A DNA stretch of 61,488 nt, from NCBI GenBank assembly GCA_049421025.1, contig JBMSMG010000001.1, forward strand, positions 1 through 61,488. The letters run 5' to 3'. The stretch comes from Prochlorococcaceae cyanobacterium (lineage in GTDB: Bacteria; Cyanobacteriota; Cyanobacteriia; PCC-6307; Cyanobiaceae). How positions within the stretch are numbered: position 1 is the first letter of the stretch; the number at the start of each line of letters is the position of its first letter. The translations under genes were made by a program, and so were the position numbers. A model generated the notes under the pieces. It ran no database searches, had not been told where the DNA came from, and saw nothing but the letters and a program-made list of their open reading frames with translations. Below, one piece after another: positions 60,309 through 61,488 of this stretch.

Positions 60309-61073
60309 ATGTTCACGCTTCGTTCTCCGCTTGCTTATGCCCTTGCAGCTGTCCTGATTGCGGGCTCAACCAATAGCGCTCTTGCGCAACAAAAGAAAAG
60401 CAAGCCAGCCTCAGCAGCCGATACTGCGGGCGAAACACTGAGAGGCATTAAGTCCACGACCGCTCGCAAGGTCATTCTGATGCCGGTCACAGATAAGTCT
60501 GGACAGGGCTCGGCATTAGCTGAATTTGCCACCGAAGTCATTAACCAGTCAGTACGGAACGGCGGCATCACCACCGTGGCCTGGTTCAAAGTTGAAAAGC
60601 AGATGAAAAAAGTGATGGGTGGCGGAAATCCTTATGCCTATGCAGGCAGCGGCGGCCTGACCAGTGATTCGAACATGAATGAATTGATCGAGGCCGGGAA
60701 AAAGCTGGGAGCTCGCTATATTCTCCGCTCTGTCATCATGACCCAATCTGCAAATAGTCAAGCAGAGACAAAGGTCACGCCCACCGTTGGAATGTTCTTT
60801 GGCTTTGGCGGCCCTAGCGTGAGGACGGAGGTCAAAAACGATGCCAATGTTGATGTCAAAGTTGACATCATCAGCACCCGCGATGAAGACATCATTGCCT
60901 CCAGAACTTTCTCTGGGCGTTCACAAGAAGTGACAAAAGACCGCGCCAATCGTCTTGACGGCATCACTGGCATGCAAGTGTTTAGTGGTGGCAGCACCAT
61001 GGACGCCACCAAAATTGCTTTCTACGACACCATCGACAAGATTGTTGAATTTCTCCAGGATAAAACCCAGTAA
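60309..61073 (+). CDS. exported CsgG/HfaB-family-like protein (no lipobox)
   Basis: Signal peptide MFTLRSPLAYALAAVLIAGSTNSALA/QQ. Blocks in CsgG-family order: KVILMPVTDKSGQG, FATEVINQSVRNGGITTVAWFKVEKQMKK, EAGKKLGARYILRSVIM, MFFGFGG, ANVDVKVDIISTRDEDIIASRTFSG. Confidence 0.5.
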   Translation: MFTLRSPLAYALAAVLIAGSTNSALAQQKKSKPASAADTAGETLRGIKSTTARKVILMPVTDKSGQGSALAEFATEVINQSVRNGGITTVAWFKVEKQMKKVMGGGNPYAYAGSGGLTSDSNMNELIEAGKKLGARYILRSVIMTQSANSQAETKVTPTVGMFFGFGGPSVRTEVKNDANVDVKVDIISTRDEDIIASRTFSGRSQEVTKDRANRLDGITGMQVFSGGSTMDATKIAFYDTIDKIVEFLQDKTQ

Positions 61074-61196
61074 GAAAACACCGACAAGGAGCGATCACTA
61101 GTTAATCACGTGATCGACTGTTGGAGATAGCTACGACAAGCTCCAATTGATTAGTCAATTACAGGATCCCTACAAACTTCATCCTCAAGCACTCTC

Positions 61197-61488
61197 GTGA
61201 AGAAATACAATTGGCTTCGTTTAATCCCTGGCACACTAGGAGCAATTGCAATAGCAACCTCTTTAGCCTTGGCTACTTCTAGGCCAGCTTTTGCAGCCGA
61301 AGAATTTACAGATCTTCAGTGCTTGAGCGACATCAAGTCAAAGGATCTTTGCAATGTCAGCTTCTACCGGAAGTTCATGAAACTGAACTTCGTCAGAACT
61401 GGCCGCTCAGTCAAAATTAACTACGCCGATATCATTCACTGGAACTATTCTGATTCCAGTCTTCGCAAAATTGATTACGGGCTAGCAA
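61197..61488 (+). CDS. exported hypothetical protein C, 5' part only (paralogue of protein A); continues past the right edge
   Basis: Not in the ORF track. Own translation from GTG(61197), first start after the in-frame TAG at 61152: VKKYNWLRLIPGTLGAIAIATSLALATSRPAFA/AEEFTDLQCLSDIKSKDLCNVSFYRKFMKLNFVRTGRSVKINYADIIHWNYSDSSLRKIDYGLA... No stop occurs before the edge. Third codon positions are A/T-rich. Confidence 0.45.
   Translation, partial: MKKYNWLRLIPGTLGAIAIATSLALATSRPAFAAEEFTDLQCLSDIKSKDLCNVSFYRKFMKLNFVRTGRSVKINYADIIHWNYSDSSLRKIDYGLA

Overview
This 61.5-kb window is a gene-dense, high-GC chromosomal segment; my spot counts give roughly 65-70% G+C (e.g. 42/60 at 10021-10080). It reads as core genome of a picocyanobacterium of the Synechococcus/Cyanobium type. 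It carries the photosystem II small subunits psbH, psbN, psbI and psbK, ntcA with an NtcA-type promoter of its own, crtR and a Ycf66-like gene. Housekeeping genes include ileS, gatC, trmB, glmM, thyX, dcd, pth, tatA, leuCD, cinA, glyA, murJ, sfsA, ispH, purH, cobS, tgt, pyrE, ygfZ and rdgB. There are three tRNAs: Leu-UAG, Arg-ACG and Met/Ile2-CAU. I call about 67 CDS. Four of them are absent from the supplied ORF track and were found by reading the sequence: psbN, psbI and two edge-truncated genes. Most long track ORFs lying antisense to these genes, and many 5' extensions, look like high-GC artefacts. I saw no rRNA, CRISPR array, transposase, integrase or recognisable defence system. The best candidate for something undescribed is the right-hand end (59.68-61.49 kb). 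Base composition drops abruptly there to about 43-57% G+C, and three consecutive exported proteins appear: a CsgG-like protein flanked by two Cys-pair paralogues. The cassette is cut by the window edge. Secondary curiosities are listed here.
- An orphan Nif11-like peptide is coupled to a 45-aa membrane peptide.
- A CobA/CobO-like protein with a destroyed P-loop is translationally coupled to dcd.
- A tandem 13-mer/palindrome block follows ntcA.
- There is a 1090-aa homologue of phosphorylase-kinase alpha/beta.
- A 405-nt AT-richer non-coding gap contains short repeats.
All functional calls rest on motif recognition from memory. No database search was possible.
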